64,000 nucleotides of DNA from an uncultured Actinomycetales bacterium (GTDB lineage Bacteria > Actinomycetota > Actinomycetes > S36-B12). Within the stretch, counting starts at the first letter, position 1, and every line of letters begins with the position of its first letter. Below the pieces are notes generated by a model that was not told where the DNA came from, made no database searches, and saw nothing but the letters and a program-made list of their open reading frames with translations. Positions 24,772 through 36,497 of this stretch are shown here, one piece after another. The stretch lies in contig CAJXYI010000005.1 of NCBI GenBank assembly GCA_913063435.1, positions 4,878 to 68,877 on the forward strand, read 5' to 3'. A program made the translations under genes and the position numbers.

Positions 24772-26628
24772 ATGGCCCGAGCAGTCGGCATCGACCTGGG
24801 CACGACCAACTCCGTCGTGTCTGTTCTAGAGGGCGGCGATCCCGTCGTCATCACCAATGCGGAGGGCGCCCGCACCACCCCGTCGGTCGTCGCCTTCGCC
24901 AAGAACGGCGAGGTGCTCGTCGGCGAGGTCGCCAAGCGCCAGGCCGTCACCAACGTCGACCGGACCATCCGGTCGGTCAAGCGCCACATGGGCACCACCT
25001 GGACCGTCGACATCGACGGCAAGGACTACACCGCGCAGGAGATCTCCGCGCGCACGCTGATGAAGCTCAAGCGCGACGCGGAGGCCTATCTCGGCGACAC
25101 CGTTACCGACGCTGTGATCACCGTGCCGGCGTATTTCTCCGACGCGCAGCGTCAGTCGACGAAGGAAGCCGGAGAGATCGCGGGCCTGAACGTCCTGCGC
25201 ATCATCAACGAGCCCACCTCCGCAGCACTTGCCTACGGACTGGACAAGGGCGAAGCCGAGCAGACGATCCTCGTGTTCGACCTTGGTGGCGGCACGTTCG
25301 ACGTTTCGCTACTCGAGATCGGCGACGGTGTCGTGGAGGTCAAGGCCACCAGTGGTGACAACAACCTTGGTGGAGACGACTGGGATGACAAGGTCGTCGA
25401 GTGGCTCGTCACGCAGTTCAAGAACGCTCACGGTGTCGACCTGAGCAAGGACAAGATGGCGATGCAGCGCCTGCGCGAAGCGGCGGAGAAAGCCAAGATC
25501 GAACTGTCCAGCTCGATGCAGACGTCGATCAACCTGCCCTACATCACCGCGAGCGCCGATGGTCCGCTGCACCTCGACGAGACACTCAGCCGCGCCCAGT
25601 TCGAGCAGATGACCCGAGACCTACTGGATCGCACGAAGGCTCCGTTCGAGGCGGTCGTGAAGGACGCCGGCATCAAGGTGTCCGATATCGATCAGGTCGT
25701 CCTGGTCGGCGGCTCGACCCGCATGCCGGCGGTGGCCGATCTGGTCAAGGAGCTCACGGGCAAAGACCCCAATAAGGGCGTCAATCCCGATGAGGTCGTG
25801 GCGATCGGCGCTGCCCTGCAGGCCGGTGTGCTCAAGGGCGAGGTCAAGGATGTCCTGCTGCTCGATGTCACCCCGTTGAGCCTGGGCATCGAGACCAAGG
25901 GTGGCGTGATGACGAAGTTGATCGAGCGCAACACCACGATCCCGACCAAGCGCAGCGAGATCTTCACCACCGCTGACGACAACCAGCCCAGTGTGCTCAT
26001 CCAGGTCTACCAGGGTGAGCGCGAGATGGCGGCATATAACAAGAGACTGGGCACCTTCGAGCTGACCGGTCTTCCTCCCGCCCCACGCGGTGTGCCGCAG
26101 GTCGAGGTGACCTTCGACATCGATGCGAACGGCATCGTGCATGTGTCTGCGAAGGACATGGCCACGGGCAAGGAGCAGTCGATGACGATCACCGGTGGCA
26201 GCGCGCTGAGCAAGGACGACATCGATCGGATGATGCGTGAGGCTGAGCAGCATGCCGAGGAGGACAAGCGGCTGCGTGAGGAGATCGAGGTCAAGAACAC
26301 CGCCGAGGCGCTGGTGTACCAGACCGAGAAGTTCCTCACCGAGAACGCCGAGCAGATCCCGGCTGACGCCAAGGCGAACGTCGACGGCCCACTCGATGAG
26401 TTGAAGAAGGCCATCGAGGCCAATGAGATCCCGGGCATGAAGGCCGCCACCGACAAGGTGGCACAGGCCAGCCAGGCATTGGGTGCGGCGATGTATGCCT
26501 CCACTCAGGCGGCCGGTGGTGGCGCCGGTGGTGGCGATGGTGCTGCCCAGGCCGAGGCTGACATGGCCGAGGACGACGTGGTCGACGCCGAGATCGTCGA
26601 CGACGAAGCCAACGACGCCCAGAAGTGA
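24772..26628 (+). CDS. dnaK: molecular chaperone DnaK (Hsp70)
   Basis: [22 protein letters not shown]..., [10 protein letters not shown], and a full-length Hsp70 with a C-terminal acidic tail. The ORF-track start at 24526 is a spurious read-through of the repeat. Confidence 0.97.
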   Translation: MARAVGIDLGTTNSVVSVLEGGDPVVITNAEGARTTPSVVAFAKNGEVLVGEVAKRQAVTNVDRTIRSVKRHMGTTWTVDIDGKDYTAQEISARTLMKLKRDAEAYLGDTVTDAVITVPAYFSDAQRQSTKEAGEIAGLNVLRIINEPTSAALAYGLDKGEAEQTILVFDLGGGTFDVSLLEIGDGVVEVKATSGDNNLGGDDWDDKVVEWLVTQFKNAHGVDLSKDKMAMQRLREAAEKAKIELSSSMQTSINLPYITASADGPLHLDETLSRAQFEQMTRDLLDRTKAPFEAVVKDAGIKVSDIDQVVLVGGSTRMPAVADLVKELTGKDPNKGVNPDEVVAIGAALQAGVLKGEVKDVLLLDVTPLSLGIETKGGVMTKLIERNTTIPTKRSEIFTTADDNQPSVLIQVYQGEREMAAYNKRLGTFELTGLPPAPRGVPQVEVTFDIDANGIVHVSAKDMATGKEQSMTITGGSALSKDDIDRMMREAEQHAEEDKRLREEIEVKNTAEALVYQTEKFLTENAEQIPADAKANVDGPLDELKKAIEANEIPGMKAATDKVAQASQALGAAMYASTQAAGGGAGGGDGAAQAEADMAEDDVVDAEIVDDEANDAQK

Positions 26629-26641
26629 GGTAGGCGAACCG

Positions 26642-27229
26642 ATGACGCAGCATCCCGAACGGGAAACCCCCGAGGAAACCGAGGGCATTCGCGTCCACGA
26701 TCGTCGCCGCATCGACCCGGATACCTTCGAGGTGCGGGAGCCCAGTGCTCCCGCACCCGAGGGCGGGGCAGAAGGGGCCGAGGGCGCGGCCGTCGAAGCC
26801 GATCTGTCGGCTACGGAGACGAAGGTCGCCGAACTGACCGATGATCTGCGTCGCGTGCACGCCGAATACGCGAACTATCGCAAGCGTGTCGAGCGGGACC
26901 GCGAGGCGGCACGTGAGGTCGTCATCGCCGGAGTCCTGGCGGATTTGCTCCCGGTGCTCGATGACATCGAGCGAGCGCGGGAACACGGCGAACTACAAGG
27001 CGCGTTCAAGACCGTCGGCGAGAACCTCGAGCAGGTCACCGCCAAGCTCGGTCTCGAGCGCTTCGGTGTCGCGGATGAACCCTTCGATCCGACAGTGCAT
27101 GAGGCGCTCACCAGTGAGCAGCGCGACGGGATCGATGAACCGACCGTGGTGTCGGTTTTCCAGCCCGGCTATCGCATCGGCGAGCGGATCATCCGCCCGG
27201 CCCGCGTTGCCGTCGCCGGCACTGACTGA
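26642..27229 (+). CDS. grpE: nucleotide exchange factor GrpE
   Basis: LRRVHAEYANYRKRVERD...LLPVLDDIERA...FDP..HEA. It occupies the standard position after dnaK. Confidence 0.9.
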   Translation: MTQHPERETPEETEGIRVHDRRRIDPDTFEVREPSAPAPEGGAEGAEGAAVEADLSATETKVAELTDDLRRVHAEYANYRKRVERDREAAREVVIAGVLADLLPVLDDIERAREHGELQGAFKTVGENLEQVTAKLGLERFGVADEPFDPTVHEALTSEQRDGIDEPTVVSVFQPGYRIGERIIRPARVAVAGTD

Positions 27230-27274
27230 ATTCGACTGATGAGATAACGACAAGACGAGGTAGGCACACACCGC

Positions 27275-28447
27275 ATGAACAAGGACTGGCTGGACAAGGA
27301 CTTCTACGCCGCTCTCGGCGTGTCCAAGTCTGCGTCGGCCGATGAGATCAAGAAGGCCTACCGCAAACTCGCTCGCGAACTTCATCCGGATAAGAACCCT
27401 GGCGACAAGGCCGCCGAGGACCGCTTCAAGTCCGTATCCGAGGCGTATGACGTGCTCTCGGATGAAGCCAAGCGCAAGGAATACGACGAAGCACGCACAT
27501 TGTTCGCCGGAGGCGGCGGATTCCGCCCAGGTGGCGGTGGTTTCGGATCGGGTGGCGGTGGCTTCGGCGGCGGCGGTGCCTCATATGACTTCTCCGATGT
27601 GTTCAGCGGCGAAGACGGCGGGCTAGGCGACATCCTCGGCAATATCTTCAACCGTGGCCGTGGGGGGCGAACCGCCCAGCGGGCACGCCGTGGAGCTGAT
27701 CTCGACAGCGAGATCAGCCTCGGTTTCGATGAAGCGCTTTCTGGTGTCACAGTGCCGTTGCGGCTATCGAGTGAAAGCGCCTGCACGTCCTGTCACGGCA
27801 CCGGAGCGAAGGCTGGCACAGTGCCGCGACTGTGCCCGACCTGCGAAGGCTCCGGGCAGACATCACGTAACGCCGGTGGTTTCGCCTTCGCCGAACCGTG
27901 CCCGAACTGTCATGGGCGTGGCTTGATCGTCGACGATCCCTGCCCGAGCTGTCGCGGCTCCGGTCGCGGCATGAGCACCCGCACCGTGCAGGCGCGCATC
28001 CCCGCGGGAGTCAAGGACGGCGCGCGGATCCGACTGAAGGGCAAGGGCGCCCCGGGCGAGAACGGTGGTCCCAACGGCGATCTCTATGTCACCGTGCACG
28101 TGCAATCGCATCCGGTCTTCGGCCGCAAGGGCGACAACCTCACCGTCACCGTGCCGGTGACCTTCACCGAGGCTGCGCTCGGCGCGCAGATCAAGGTGCC
28201 CGTTCCTGGAGGTTCGACGGTGACGTTGAAAATCCCCGAGGGCACGGCGAACGGTCGCACATTCCGTGTGCGTGGACGGGGAGTGACCCGTAAGGACGGC
28301 ACGAAGGGCGACCTGCTGGCCACCGTCGATGTACTCGTGCCCACGGCCATGAGCGATGACGCACGCACAGCGCTGCAGGCATACGCCGACAGCGTCGGTG
28401 AGATCGATCCGCGCGCGCAACTGCTGGCGGCAGCAAGGGAGGCGTGA
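27275..28447 (+). CDS. dnaJ: co-chaperone DnaJ
   Basis: J-domain ([33 protein letters not shown]), a G/F-rich linker, and four CxxCxGxG zinc-finger repeats. Confidence 0.95.
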   Translation: MNKDWLDKDFYAALGVSKSASADEIKKAYRKLARELHPDKNPGDKAAEDRFKSVSEAYDVLSDEAKRKEYDEARTLFAGGGGFRPGGGGFGSGGGGFGGGGASYDFSDVFSGEDGGLGDILGNIFNRGRGGRTAQRARRGADLDSEISLGFDEALSGVTVPLRLSSESACTSCHGTGAKAGTVPRLCPTCEGSGQTSRNAGGFAFAEPCPNCHGRGLIVDDPCPSCRGSGRGMSTRTVQARIPAGVKDGARIRLKGKGAPGENGGPNGDLYVTVHVQSHPVFGRKGDNLTVTVPVTFTEAALGAQIKVPVPGGSTVTLKIPEGTANGRTFRVRGRGVTRKDGTKGDLLATVDVLVPTAMSDDARTALQAYADSVGEIDPRAQLLAAAREA

Positions 28448-28782
28448 TGCAGTCCGACGAGACAACGCCGGTCTACACGATCTCCGTCGCCGCGCAACTC
28501 AGTGACCTGCACCCGCAGACTCTGCGGCAATACGACCGGCTCGGGCTTGTCTGCCCACAGCGAGTGAATGGTCGCAACCGGTTGTATTCCGAGCGCGATG
28601 TCGAGCGGCTCCGCGAAATCGCCGAACTCTCCGCCGAGGGGATGAGCCTGGTCGGTATCCAGCGAGTGTTGCAGTTGGAGGCTGAACTCGAACGGGTACG
28701 CACCCACCTCGACGAACTGCTGCGGGAGAAGCACTCGACGGCACTCGTGTTGTGGAATCCGCGCCGCCGTCGACGCGCCTAG
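28444..28782 (+). CDS. hspR: MerR-family heat-shock repressor HspR
   Basis: [48 protein letters not shown]. The start overlaps the dnaJ stop (GTGATG). Confidence 0.9.
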   Translation: MMQSDETTPVYTISVAAQLSDLHPQTLRQYDRLGLVCPQRVNGRNRLYSERDVERLREIAELSAEGMSLVGIQRVLQLEAELERVRTHLDELLREKHSTALVLWNPRRRRRA

Positions 28783-28815
28783 CCGATGAAGACTCGACGC
28801 CGATGAAGACTCGAC
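28782..28815. repeat. perfect tandem duplication, 2 x 17 bp (GCCGATGAAGACTCGAC)
   Basis: Read directly. It fills most of the 59-bp hspR-clpB spacer. Confidence 0.85.
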
Positions 28816-28841
28816 AACGAACCACGTAGAGGGAACAAACG

Positions 28842-31424
28842 ATGGACATTCAATTCACCACGCGAGCCCAAGAGGCCCTGGGTGCTTCGGTGCGCATGGC
28901 TGCGGCCCAGGGCAATGCCCAGGTCGAACCCGTGCACATCCTCGACTCGCTGCTGCAGCAGGGCGAGGGCATCGCCACTGCGCTGCTCGCGACCGTCGGC
29001 GTCGATGTGCCGGGCCTGACGGCGAAGGTGCGAACTGCAGTCGAAGCGCTGCCCAGCGCCAGCGGTGCGACGGTCTCAGCACCCCAACTGTCGGGTCAGT
29101 CCTATGCCGTGGTGAATGCTGCGAAGAAGCTCGCCGATGAGCGAGGAGATGAATATGTCAGCACCGAGCACCTGCTGATCGCACTCGCCGAAGAAGGCTC
29201 CACGAAGGAGATCCTGAGTCAGGCCGGTGCGAGTGCGCAGGGGCTGCTCGATGCTCTGCAGAATATGAGAGGAGGGGCCCGCGTGACCTCACCGGATCCC
29301 GAGGGCACCTTCCAGGCCCTGGAGAAATACGGCGTCGACCTCACCGCGCGCGCTCGCGACGGCAATATCGATCCGGTCATCGGCCGGGACGAGGAAATCC
29401 GTCGCACCGTGCAGGTGCTTTCCCGGCGGACGAAGAACAACCCGGTGCTCATCGGCGACCCCGGTGTCGGCAAGACCGCCGTCGTCGAAGGTCTCGCTCG
29501 ACGCATCGTCGAAGGCGATGTGCCGACCTCGCTGCAGGGCAAGACCCTCATCTCCCTCGATCTCGGCGCCATGGTCGCCGGTGCGAAATACCGCGGCGAG
29601 TTCGAGGAACGGTTGAAGGCCGTCCTCGATGAGATCAAGGAATCCGAAGGCCAGATCGTCACATTCATCGACGAGTTGCACACGGTCGTCGGTGCGGGAG
29701 CCGGTGGCGATTCGGCGATGGACGCCGGCAACATGCTCAAACCGATGCTGGCCCGCGGCGAACTTCGGATGATCGGCGCGACCACTCTCGATGAATACCG
29801 CGAATACATCGAGAAGGATCCGGCCCTCGAGCGGCGCTTCCAGCAGGTGTTCGTCGATCAGCCCTCCGTCGAGGACACGATCGCGATCCTGCGTGGCATC
29901 AAGGAGAAGTACGAGGCGCACCACAAGGTCGTGATCGCCGATAGTGCGCTCGTCGCCGCGGCGACGTTGTCCGACCGCTACATCACATCGCGGTTCCTAC
30001 CCGACAAGGCCATCGACCTGATGGACGAATCAGCCGCCCGACTCCGCATGGAGATCGACTCCTCACCGGTGGAGATCGATGTTCTGCAACGCCAGGTCGA
30101 TCGCCTGCGCATGGAGGAACTCGCCGTCGCCAAGGAAACCGACGAAGCATCCCAGGAGCGATTGACCCGGATCCGCGCTGAGATCGCCGATAAGGAAGAG
30201 GAGCTATCGGGTCTGCGTGCGAAGTGGGACACCGAGAAGGCCGGCTTGGATCGGATCGGTGAGCTCAAGGTGCTCATCGACGATCTGCGCGCAGTGGCCG
30301 AGAAGGCCCAGCGCGAGGGCGACTTCGAGCAGGCTGCTCGGATCCTCTACGGCGAGATTCCGACGTTCGAAGAGGAGCTCGAGCGAGTGAGTGCCGAAAC
30401 CAACGCTCGCGAATCCGCGATGGTGCAAGAGGAAGTCACTGCTGACGACATCGCCGAGGTCGTGTCGTCGTGGACGGGGATCCCGGCCGGGCGTCTGCTG
30501 CAGGGCGAGAGCGAGAAGTTGCTGCAGATGGAGTCCTATCTCGACAAGCGCGTCGTCGGACAGACCACTGCGGTGCGTGAGGTCTCAGATGCTGTGCGTC
30601 GCTCGCGGGCAGGCATCGCGGACCCCAACCGACCGACCGGCTCGTTCCTGTTCCTCGGCCCGACGGGTGTCGGAAAGACCGAATTGGCCAAAGCGCTCGC
30701 GGAGTTCCTGTTCGACGATGAGCGGGCGATGGTGCGCATCGACATGAGTGAGTACTCCGAGAAGCACGCGGTGTCGCGTCTGGTCGGCGCGCCACCCGGG
30801 TATGTCGGTTATGAAGAAGGTGGTCAGTTGACCGAGGCGGTGCGCCGGCGTCCCTACACCGTCGTATTGCTCGACGAGGTCGAGAAAGCGCATCCGGAGG
30901 TATTCGACATCCTGCTGCAGGTCCTCGACGATGGCCGACTCACCGATGGCCAGGGTCGCACGGTCGATTTCCGCAACGCCATTCTCATCCTGACCTCGAA
31001 TCTGGGCTCGCAGTTCCTCATCGATGTCACCACACCTTGGGAGGAACGCAAGGAGCAGGCGCTCGCCGTTGTGCGCACGCAGTTTCGTCCGGAGTTCTTG
31101 AACCGGCTCGATGCGATGGTGATGTTCGAGCCGCTCGACCGAGCCGAACTCGAGCGCATCGCACGCCTGCAGGTCGACCAGGTGCAACGTCGTCTCGATG
31201 ATCGTCGGATCACCTTGGAGATCAGCGATGACGCACTGGCGTGGCTGGTCAATATGGGCTTCGACCCCGCCTATGGCGCACGTCCACTGCGGCGGCTGGT
31301 GCAGACGGCGATCGGGGATCCACTGGCCAAGGAGATCCTGTCCGGTGCCGTGCACGATGGCGACACTGTGGTCATCAGCGCGGTCCCTGACGGTGATCGC
31401 CTCAGTGTCGAACCCCGTCGCTGA
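28842..31424 (+). CDS. clpB: ATP-dependent chaperone ClpB
   Basis: 860 aa with a Clp-N domain, two AAA+ modules ([18 protein letters not shown]) and a long middle coiled coil. Confidence 0.97.
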   Translation: MDIQFTTRAQEALGASVRMAAAQGNAQVEPVHILDSLLQQGEGIATALLATVGVDVPGLTAKVRTAVEALPSASGATVSAPQLSGQSYAVVNAAKKLADERGDEYVSTEHLLIALAEEGSTKEILSQAGASAQGLLDALQNMRGGARVTSPDPEGTFQALEKYGVDLTARARDGNIDPVIGRDEEIRRTVQVLSRRTKNNPVLIGDPGVGKTAVVEGLARRIVEGDVPTSLQGKTLISLDLGAMVAGAKYRGEFEERLKAVLDEIKESEGQIVTFIDELHTVVGAGAGGDSAMDAGNMLKPMLARGELRMIGATTLDEYREYIEKDPALERRFQQVFVDQPSVEDTIAILRGIKEKYEAHHKVVIADSALVAAATLSDRYITSRFLPDKAIDLMDESAARLRMEIDSSPVEIDVLQRQVDRLRMEELAVAKETDEASQERLTRIRAEIADKEEELSGLRAKWDTEKAGLDRIGELKVLIDDLRAVAEKAQREGDFEQAARILYGEIPTFEEELERVSAETNARESAMVQEEVTADDIAEVVSSWTGIPAGRLLQGESEKLLQMESYLDKRVVGQTTAVREVSDAVRRSRAGIADPNRPTGSFLFLGPTGVGKTELAKALAEFLFDDERAMVRIDMSEYSEKHAVSRLVGAPPGYVGYEEGGQLTEAVRRRPYTVVLLDEVEKAHPEVFDILLQVLDDGRLTDGQGRTVDFRNAILILTSNLGSQFLIDVTTPWEERKEQALAVVRTQFRPEFLNRLDAMVMFEPLDRAELERIARLQVDQVQRRLDDRRITLEISDDALAWLVNMGFDPAYGARPLRRLVQTAIGDPLAKEILSGAVHDGDTVVISAVPDGDRLSVEPRR

Positions 31425-31456
31425 TCACACTCGACGGCCGAAGGTAGCCTCGCCGG

Positions 31457-33175
31457 ATGGTTCATATCCGGGGGTCGTTGCAGGCTGCCCTCGTCGGCGT
31501 GCTGGCCACCAGCCTGGCGTGGGGTGGGTTATCCGCCACCTCCACCGCCTGGGCTGTCGATGACATTCCGCGTATCTGCTTGAGTGAAGTGAACGTCTCG
31601 AAGTCGTTTGCAGCCGATACATCCGGTCTTGATGACGGAGTGCTCATCCTCGATGGGCGCACTATGACCCTGGCTGACGATTCTGCTTCGTGGCAGGTGT
31701 ACGACCCGATCGACAACACCTTCAACAACCGGTTCCACGGAATGCAGTGGCTCGTTCCCTGGGCCATAGCCGGTGGCGATGCGGTGTCGCTCCTGGTTGC
31801 TCGAGATGCTGCGCTGCCCGATCCCGGATCGCAGGCCGATCGAACCGTCCTGCGAGGGACCGGCTGGACCACCGGAGCCAACCGCCTTCGCCAGAACACG
31901 GTGAACTGCCTGTATCAGTTGACCGGTGACGAGCGGCTGCTGCCGATCATCGAACGCATCGTGGCGGTCAACATCGACCCTGCCCGCTATCGAGGATTAC
32001 CCGAACGTCCTGTGCACAACCACGGGATGCTCGCCAACCACTCGCTGATCGAATCCGCCCGGGTCTTCGATCGACCCGAATGGCAGGACATCGCTTTCGC
32101 ACGCATGAACGCCGATGCAGAAAGTGTCTTCGCCGAATGCGGGATGTCGATCGAACAGTCGAGCAGTTATCACCTGACCAATCTGCGAATCTGGGAGCGG
32201 GGTCTGCGCAGAGCCGGTGCGAGTGATGTCGTCACCACTGCGGGAGTAGCCCGAACGATCGACCGTGCCCGACTGGCAGCGGTCCAACTAGCTCGCCCCG
32301 ATGGCTTCCTCGAGGCGATCGGCAACGCTAATCAACGCTCTGTCTCGGCAATCGTCGCCGATCTCGCACCGGATTTTCGAGAGTCGCTCGATCCTCGCCT
32401 GTGGTGCCAGCGCCGGGGTTGGGCTGCGAACCGGACCTCGTGGGATGACACAGCGATTCACTACACGCTGCGATTCGGACCACGCCGCAAGATGCACGGC
32501 CATTTCGATCACGGATCCCTGACCTGGTTCGCTCAGGGCGTTCCCGTGCTGTCGGATCCGGGACTGTTCGACAAGACTCGCAACGGTCGCTATCGCGACG
32601 CGGTGTCGATGTCAGCGCATTCGGTGCTCGAACCCGCAGGCCGATCCTTCGGTGGTAGAACCCGAGCCACACTCGAGGACAGCCCCGAGGGGATCGATCG
32701 ATACACCCTGGTCAGCCAACACCGCGGGATGAAGCGCACGCGCTCGCTCGAGGTGAGCCTGAATCATTCCTACCTGCGCGTACGTGACGAAGCACGTTCA
32801 CGCACTCCGGTTCAATGGCTGCAGCACTGGCAACTCGAACCTCAATGGGAGCCGTTCTTCGGGACTACTCCGTGGACACCTATCGCCGCCCATCCCAACG
32901 GCCTGTATCTGTATGCGGTCTGCCATTCCGGAGTTTCGATGCGGATGACAGTCGGTACCCAGGAGCATTACCCGAAATGGCGTACGAGTGTTCCGGGGAT
33001 GAGCCTGCAGTGCGGTGGGATGGGGCGATCGGTGACATTCGACACGCTGCTGGTGGTCAGCACGATCAATGGAACGTTGCGCTGGGATCGTGCCAGCGGC
33101 GCCTATGCGGTGCGTGGCCCTGACGGGTCTGCTTCGGGTGGATCGGCGTCGCGCGGGCTTATTCCGGCAGGGTGA
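31457..33175 (+). CDS. heparinase II/III-family (polysaccharide lyase-like) secreted protein
   Basis: There is a signal peptide. KMHGHFDHGSLTWFAQGVPVLSDPGLF is typical of the heparinase II/III C-terminal domain. Confidence 0.65.
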   Translation: MVHIRGSLQAALVGVLATSLAWGGLSATSTAWAVDDIPRICLSEVNVSKSFAADTSGLDDGVLILDGRTMTLADDSASWQVYDPIDNTFNNRFHGMQWLVPWAIAGGDAVSLLVARDAALPDPGSQADRTVLRGTGWTTGANRLRQNTVNCLYQLTGDERLLPIIERIVAVNIDPARYRGLPERPVHNHGMLANHSLIESARVFDRPEWQDIAFARMNADAESVFAECGMSIEQSSSYHLTNLRIWERGLRRAGASDVVTTAGVARTIDRARLAAVQLARPDGFLEAIGNANQRSVSAIVADLAPDFRESLDPRLWCQRRGWAANRTSWDDTAIHYTLRFGPRRKMHGHFDHGSLTWFAQGVPVLSDPGLFDKTRNGRYRDAVSMSAHSVLEPAGRSFGGRTRATLEDSPEGIDRYTLVSQHRGMKRTRSLEVSLNHSYLRVRDEARSRTPVQWLQHWQLEPQWEPFFGTTPWTPIAAHPNGLYLYAVCHSGVSMRMTVGTQEHYPKWRTSVPGMSLQCGGMGRSVTFDTLLVVSTINGTLRWDRASGAYAVRGPDGSASGGSASRGLIPAG

Positions 33176-33629
33176 AATCAGCGGGTCCCGACCCCGCGGG
33201 TGCGCCGCCCTCGGGGAAGTTCACCCGGAACTGCACTGATCGGGCGCTACCCCCGATGTCGTCTCCGACGGTCGCGGTGACGACATAGCGTCCCGCTCGA
33301 CCGAACTGCACCTCGCCGCTGACGGCGAGCACGCTGCGCATATCGGCCCCGGGGGTCGCGCCGGCAGGCCGTCCGGCTTCGACAGCACCCTCGACGGCGA
33401 ATAGTTGCTCGCCGTCCTCGTGCTCCACACTCACGGTGAGCGGATAGGCACGGTTGGTCTCGTTCCAGCCGATGAGCAGGCTGACCCCGATACCGAGATG
33501 GACGGTGCCGAGATTGCCGTCGTTATCGAGGGGTTGTTCCATCTCGCTCCAACCGGCGCCCTGCAGATACAGCAGGCCGTTGATGGCTTCGGCGTGATGG
33601 GCCAGGGTGACGTATTCGATCTGGGGCAT
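33159..33629 (-). CDS. hypothetical protein
   Basis: The ORF is trimmed to MPQIEYVTLAHH... (ATG at 33629) so that it does not overlap the divergent aminotransferase gene. No motif recognised. Confidence 0.4.
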   Translation of the reverse strand: MPQIEYVTLAHHAEAINGLLYLQGAGWSEMEQPLDNDGNLGTVHLGIGVSLLIGWNETNRAYPLTVSVEHEDGEQLFAVEGAVEAGRPAGATPGADMRSVLAVSGEVQFGRAGRYVVTATVGDDIGGSARSVQFRVNFPEGGAPAGSGPADFTLPE

Positions 33630-33678
33630 GGGTCCATCCTGCCCTATAGGCAGGACGCGCAGGTTAGGGTCGGCGATC

Positions 33679-34884
33679 ATGGTCACTCGCACCCCCGCCC
33701 TGGTGGAGCGCATGCGTCCGCACGCCGCGAGCATCTTCGGCCGGATGTCCGCGTTGGCCCAGCGATCCGAAGCGATCAATCTCGGCCAGGGTTTCCCCGA
33801 TGAGGACGGCCCGATCGAACTCCAGGAGATCGCACGGGCGGCGATCGCCGAAGGTCGCGGCAACCAGTACCCACCGGCGCACGGCCTGCCGGATCTGCGC
33901 CTAGCGGTTGCGGAGCATCAACGACGGTTCTATGGCCTGACCGTCGACCCGGACACCGAGGTCGTGATCGGCACCGGTGCCAGCGAGGTGCTGCAGTCGG
34001 CACTGCTCGCCCTGTGCGAACCAGGCGATGAAGTCGTCGTCTTCGAGCCGTGGTTCGACCTCTATGGCGCTGGCATCGCGCTCGCGGGAGCGACTCGGGT
34101 GAGCGTTCCGCTGCGGCCGCCCTCGTATAGACCGGATATCGATGCGCTCGCCGACGCGATCACCCCGCGCACCCGGGTGCTGCTGCTGAACACCCCGCAC
34201 AATCCCACCGGTGTGGTGTTCACCCGCGAGGAACTGCAGGCCATTGCGGATATAGCGATCGAGCGCGACCTGATCGTGCTTTCCGATGAGGCATATGAGC
34301 ACCTCTGGTTCGATGGCCATCCTCACATCCCCATCTCGACCCTGCCGGGAATGTTCGAGCGCACCATCAGCGTGGGAAGTGGTGGCAAGTCGTTCTCTTT
34401 CACCGGTTGGAAGGTCGGTTGGGGGAGTGGTCCGCGGGATCTGATCGCTGCGGTGCGCGTTGTGCGACAGCACCTGTCCTATGTCTCCGGAGGACCGTTT
34501 CAATATGCGATCGCGGCCGGACTGCGTCTATCGGATGATTATTTCGATGGACTGCGTGCGCAGATGCAAGCTAAGCGCGATCTTCTCACCAATGGATTGC
34601 GGTCACTGGGCTTCGCGGTGACCGAATCGCAGGGAACGTATTTCGCGACCAGTGATCTCGGCCCCTTCGTCCGCATCGATGATCGACAGGTAGATGGGGT
34701 CGAAGTGTGTGATTGGCTGCCCGAACATGTCGGCGTCGCTGCCATCCCGATTCAGGTGTTCTGCGATGACCCGGATCTGGGGGCACAGTCGATTCGCTGG
34801 GCTTTCGGCAAGGCCGATGACACCCTCAGGGAGGCATTGCGCAGAATCGAATCCGATAGAGCTCAGAAGGTGGTGGGGTCGTGA
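33679..34884 (+). CDS. class I/II PLP-dependent aminotransferase
   Basis: INLGQGFPD, LLLNTPHNPTG, and the PLP-lysine region SGGKSFSFTGWKVGW. Confidence 0.85.
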   Translation: MVTRTPALVERMRPHAASIFGRMSALAQRSEAINLGQGFPDEDGPIELQEIARAAIAEGRGNQYPPAHGLPDLRLAVAEHQRRFYGLTVDPDTEVVIGTGASEVLQSALLALCEPGDEVVVFEPWFDLYGAGIALAGATRVSVPLRPPSYRPDIDALADAITPRTRVLLLNTPHNPTGVVFTREELQAIADIAIERDLIVLSDEAYEHLWFDGHPHIPISTLPGMFERTISVGSGGKSFSFTGWKVGWGSGPRDLIAAVRVVRQHLSYVSGGPFQYAIAAGLRLSDDYFDGLRAQMQAKRDLLTNGLRSLGFAVTESQGTYFATSDLGPFVRIDDRQVDGVEVCDWLPEHVGVAAIPIQVFCDDPDLGAQSIRWAFGKADDTLREALRRIESDRAQKVVGS

Positions 34885-36497
34885 GTCGAACCCATGACGT
34901 GATCATCATCGGCGGTGGACACAACGGCCTGACCGCCGCGGCTTATCTCGCTCGCGCCGGTCGCAGTGTGCTGGTGCTCGAGCAGGGTGAGGTCGCCGGC
35001 GGTGCAGCGATCTCGACCCAGGCTTTCGCCGGGGTCGATGCCCGGCTCTCGCGATACTCCTATCTGGTGTCTTTGATGCCGCAGGCGATCATCGATGAAC
35101 TCGCTTTGGGCGTCGAACTGCGCTCTCGCGATGTCGCATCCTTCACACCGGTGCGCCGTGACGGCCGCGACACCGGGCTACTCGTGGAGCGTCGACCCGG
35201 TCCTGCCACGGCAGCATCGTTCGCCGAGGTGACCGGCGGTGACGAGGACTACCGGATGTGGCAGGACATCTACACACGGATGGAATCCGCTGCGCAGGCT
35301 CTTGCTCCCACGATGCTGCAACGTTTGCTATCACGTGATGAGGCACGAGCATTGATCACCCAGGCGGCGGGGGATCACACCTGGGCGATGATCGCCGACA
35401 TACCGCTTGGGGAAACCCTCATGGAGTCGTTTGTCGACGACGATGTGCGCGGTGTGGTTGCCACCGATGGACTCATCGGTACCTACGCCTCGTTATTCGA
35501 TGCATCCTTGTTGGCGAACCGATGCTGGCTGTATCACCTCGTCGGCGATGGAACGGGCGAGTGGAAGGTTCCCGTCGGTGGCATGGGTGCGGTCAGCGGC
35601 GCACTGCAGCGAGTAGCGGTCGAATCCGGCGCGCAGGTGCTGACGTCAGCACGTGTCATCTCTGTCTCCTCGGATGGTCGTCGAGCGCAGGTGCGCTTCA
35701 TCGACCGCGATGGTGTGGAGCGCGTCGAGGAGTGCGCGTGGGTGCTGTCGAATGCCGCCCCGCACACCCTTGCTGCGCTGCTGGATCGCCCATCCTTGCC
35801 ACAGTTGTCACAGATGCCCCAGGGATCCCAGATGAAGGTCAACATGCTGCTGACACGCCTGCCGAGGTTGCGCAGCGGCGTCGATCCGCACGTCGCATTC
35901 GCCGGGACCCTGCATATCGACGAGTCGCTCTCGGCGCTCGAGGAATCCTTCGCCCACGCCATTGCCGGTCGGGTGCCCGAACATCTGCCTGCCGAGATCT
36001 ACTGTCACACCCTGACCGATCCGTCCATCCTCGGTCCGGACCTGCAACAGAGCGGCTGGCACACCATGACGTTGTTCGGCCTGCACACCCCGGCGAGCCT
36101 GTTCGCCGGTGCTGATCACGACGCGGTGCGCGATCAGCTCGTCGAGGGATACCTCGATGCGATAGACGCGTTCTGTGAGGAGCCGATCCGCGACTGCCTT
36201 GCTGTCGACGCGAACGGTGATCGGTGTGTCGAAGCTCGCACACCCTTGGAGTTGCAGGCGTCGGTGGGGTTGCCCGGTGGGCACATCTTCCATCGTGATC
36301 TGCGCTGGCCGTGGGCTGCTGATGACGACGGCACCCCGGGTGCACCGGATTCCGTCCCCGGAGCCTGGGGCGTCGAGACCGATATCGCCAACGTCCTCAT
36401 CTGCGGTGCGGGGGCGCGCCGCGGCGGTGGAGTCAGCGGCATCCCCGGACGGGCCGCCGCGATGGCGGTGCTGGAGGCTGATGAGGTGCAGGGCTAG
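34881..36497 (+). CDS. FAD/NAD(P)-dependent oxidoreductase (phytoene-desaturase family)
   Basis: The dinucleotide fold is HDVIIIGGGHNGLTAAAYLARAGRSVLVLE. The GTG start overlaps the upstream stop (GTGA). Confidence 0.75.
   Translation: MSRTHDVIIIGGGHNGLTAAAYLARAGRSVLVLEQGEVAGGAAISTQAFAGVDARLSRYSYLVSLMPQAIIDELALGVELRSRDVASFTPVRRDGRDTGLLVERRPGPATAASFAEVTGGDEDYRMWQDIYTRMESAAQALAPTMLQRLLSRDEARALITQAAGDHTWAMIADIPLGETLMESFVDDDVRGVVATDGLIGTYASLFDASLLANRCWLYHLVGDGTGEWKVPVGGMGAVSGALQRVAVESGAQVLTSARVISVSSDGRRAQVRFIDRDGVERVEECAWVLSNAAPHTLAALLDRPSLPQLSQMPQGSQMKVNMLLTRLPRLRSGVDPHVAFAGTLHIDESLSALEESFAHAIAGRVPEHLPAEIYCHTLTDPSILGPDLQQSGWHTMTLFGLHTPASLFAGADHDAVRDQLVEGYLDAIDAFCEEPIRDCLAVDANGDRCVEARTPLELQASVGLPGGHIFHRDLRWPWAADDDGTPGAPDSVPGAWGVETDIANVLICGAGARRGGGVSGIPGRAAAMAVLEADEVQG

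Noticed and set aside
25621-26712. 363-aa minus-strand ORF
   Set aside because: It is antisense to dnaK.
36494-36497. 4-nt overlap of two convergent stop codons (CTAG)
   Set aside because: The overlap is real but trivial. It is a palindromic TAG/CTA shared by the oxidoreductase and ackA, and no regulatory meaning can be inferred.
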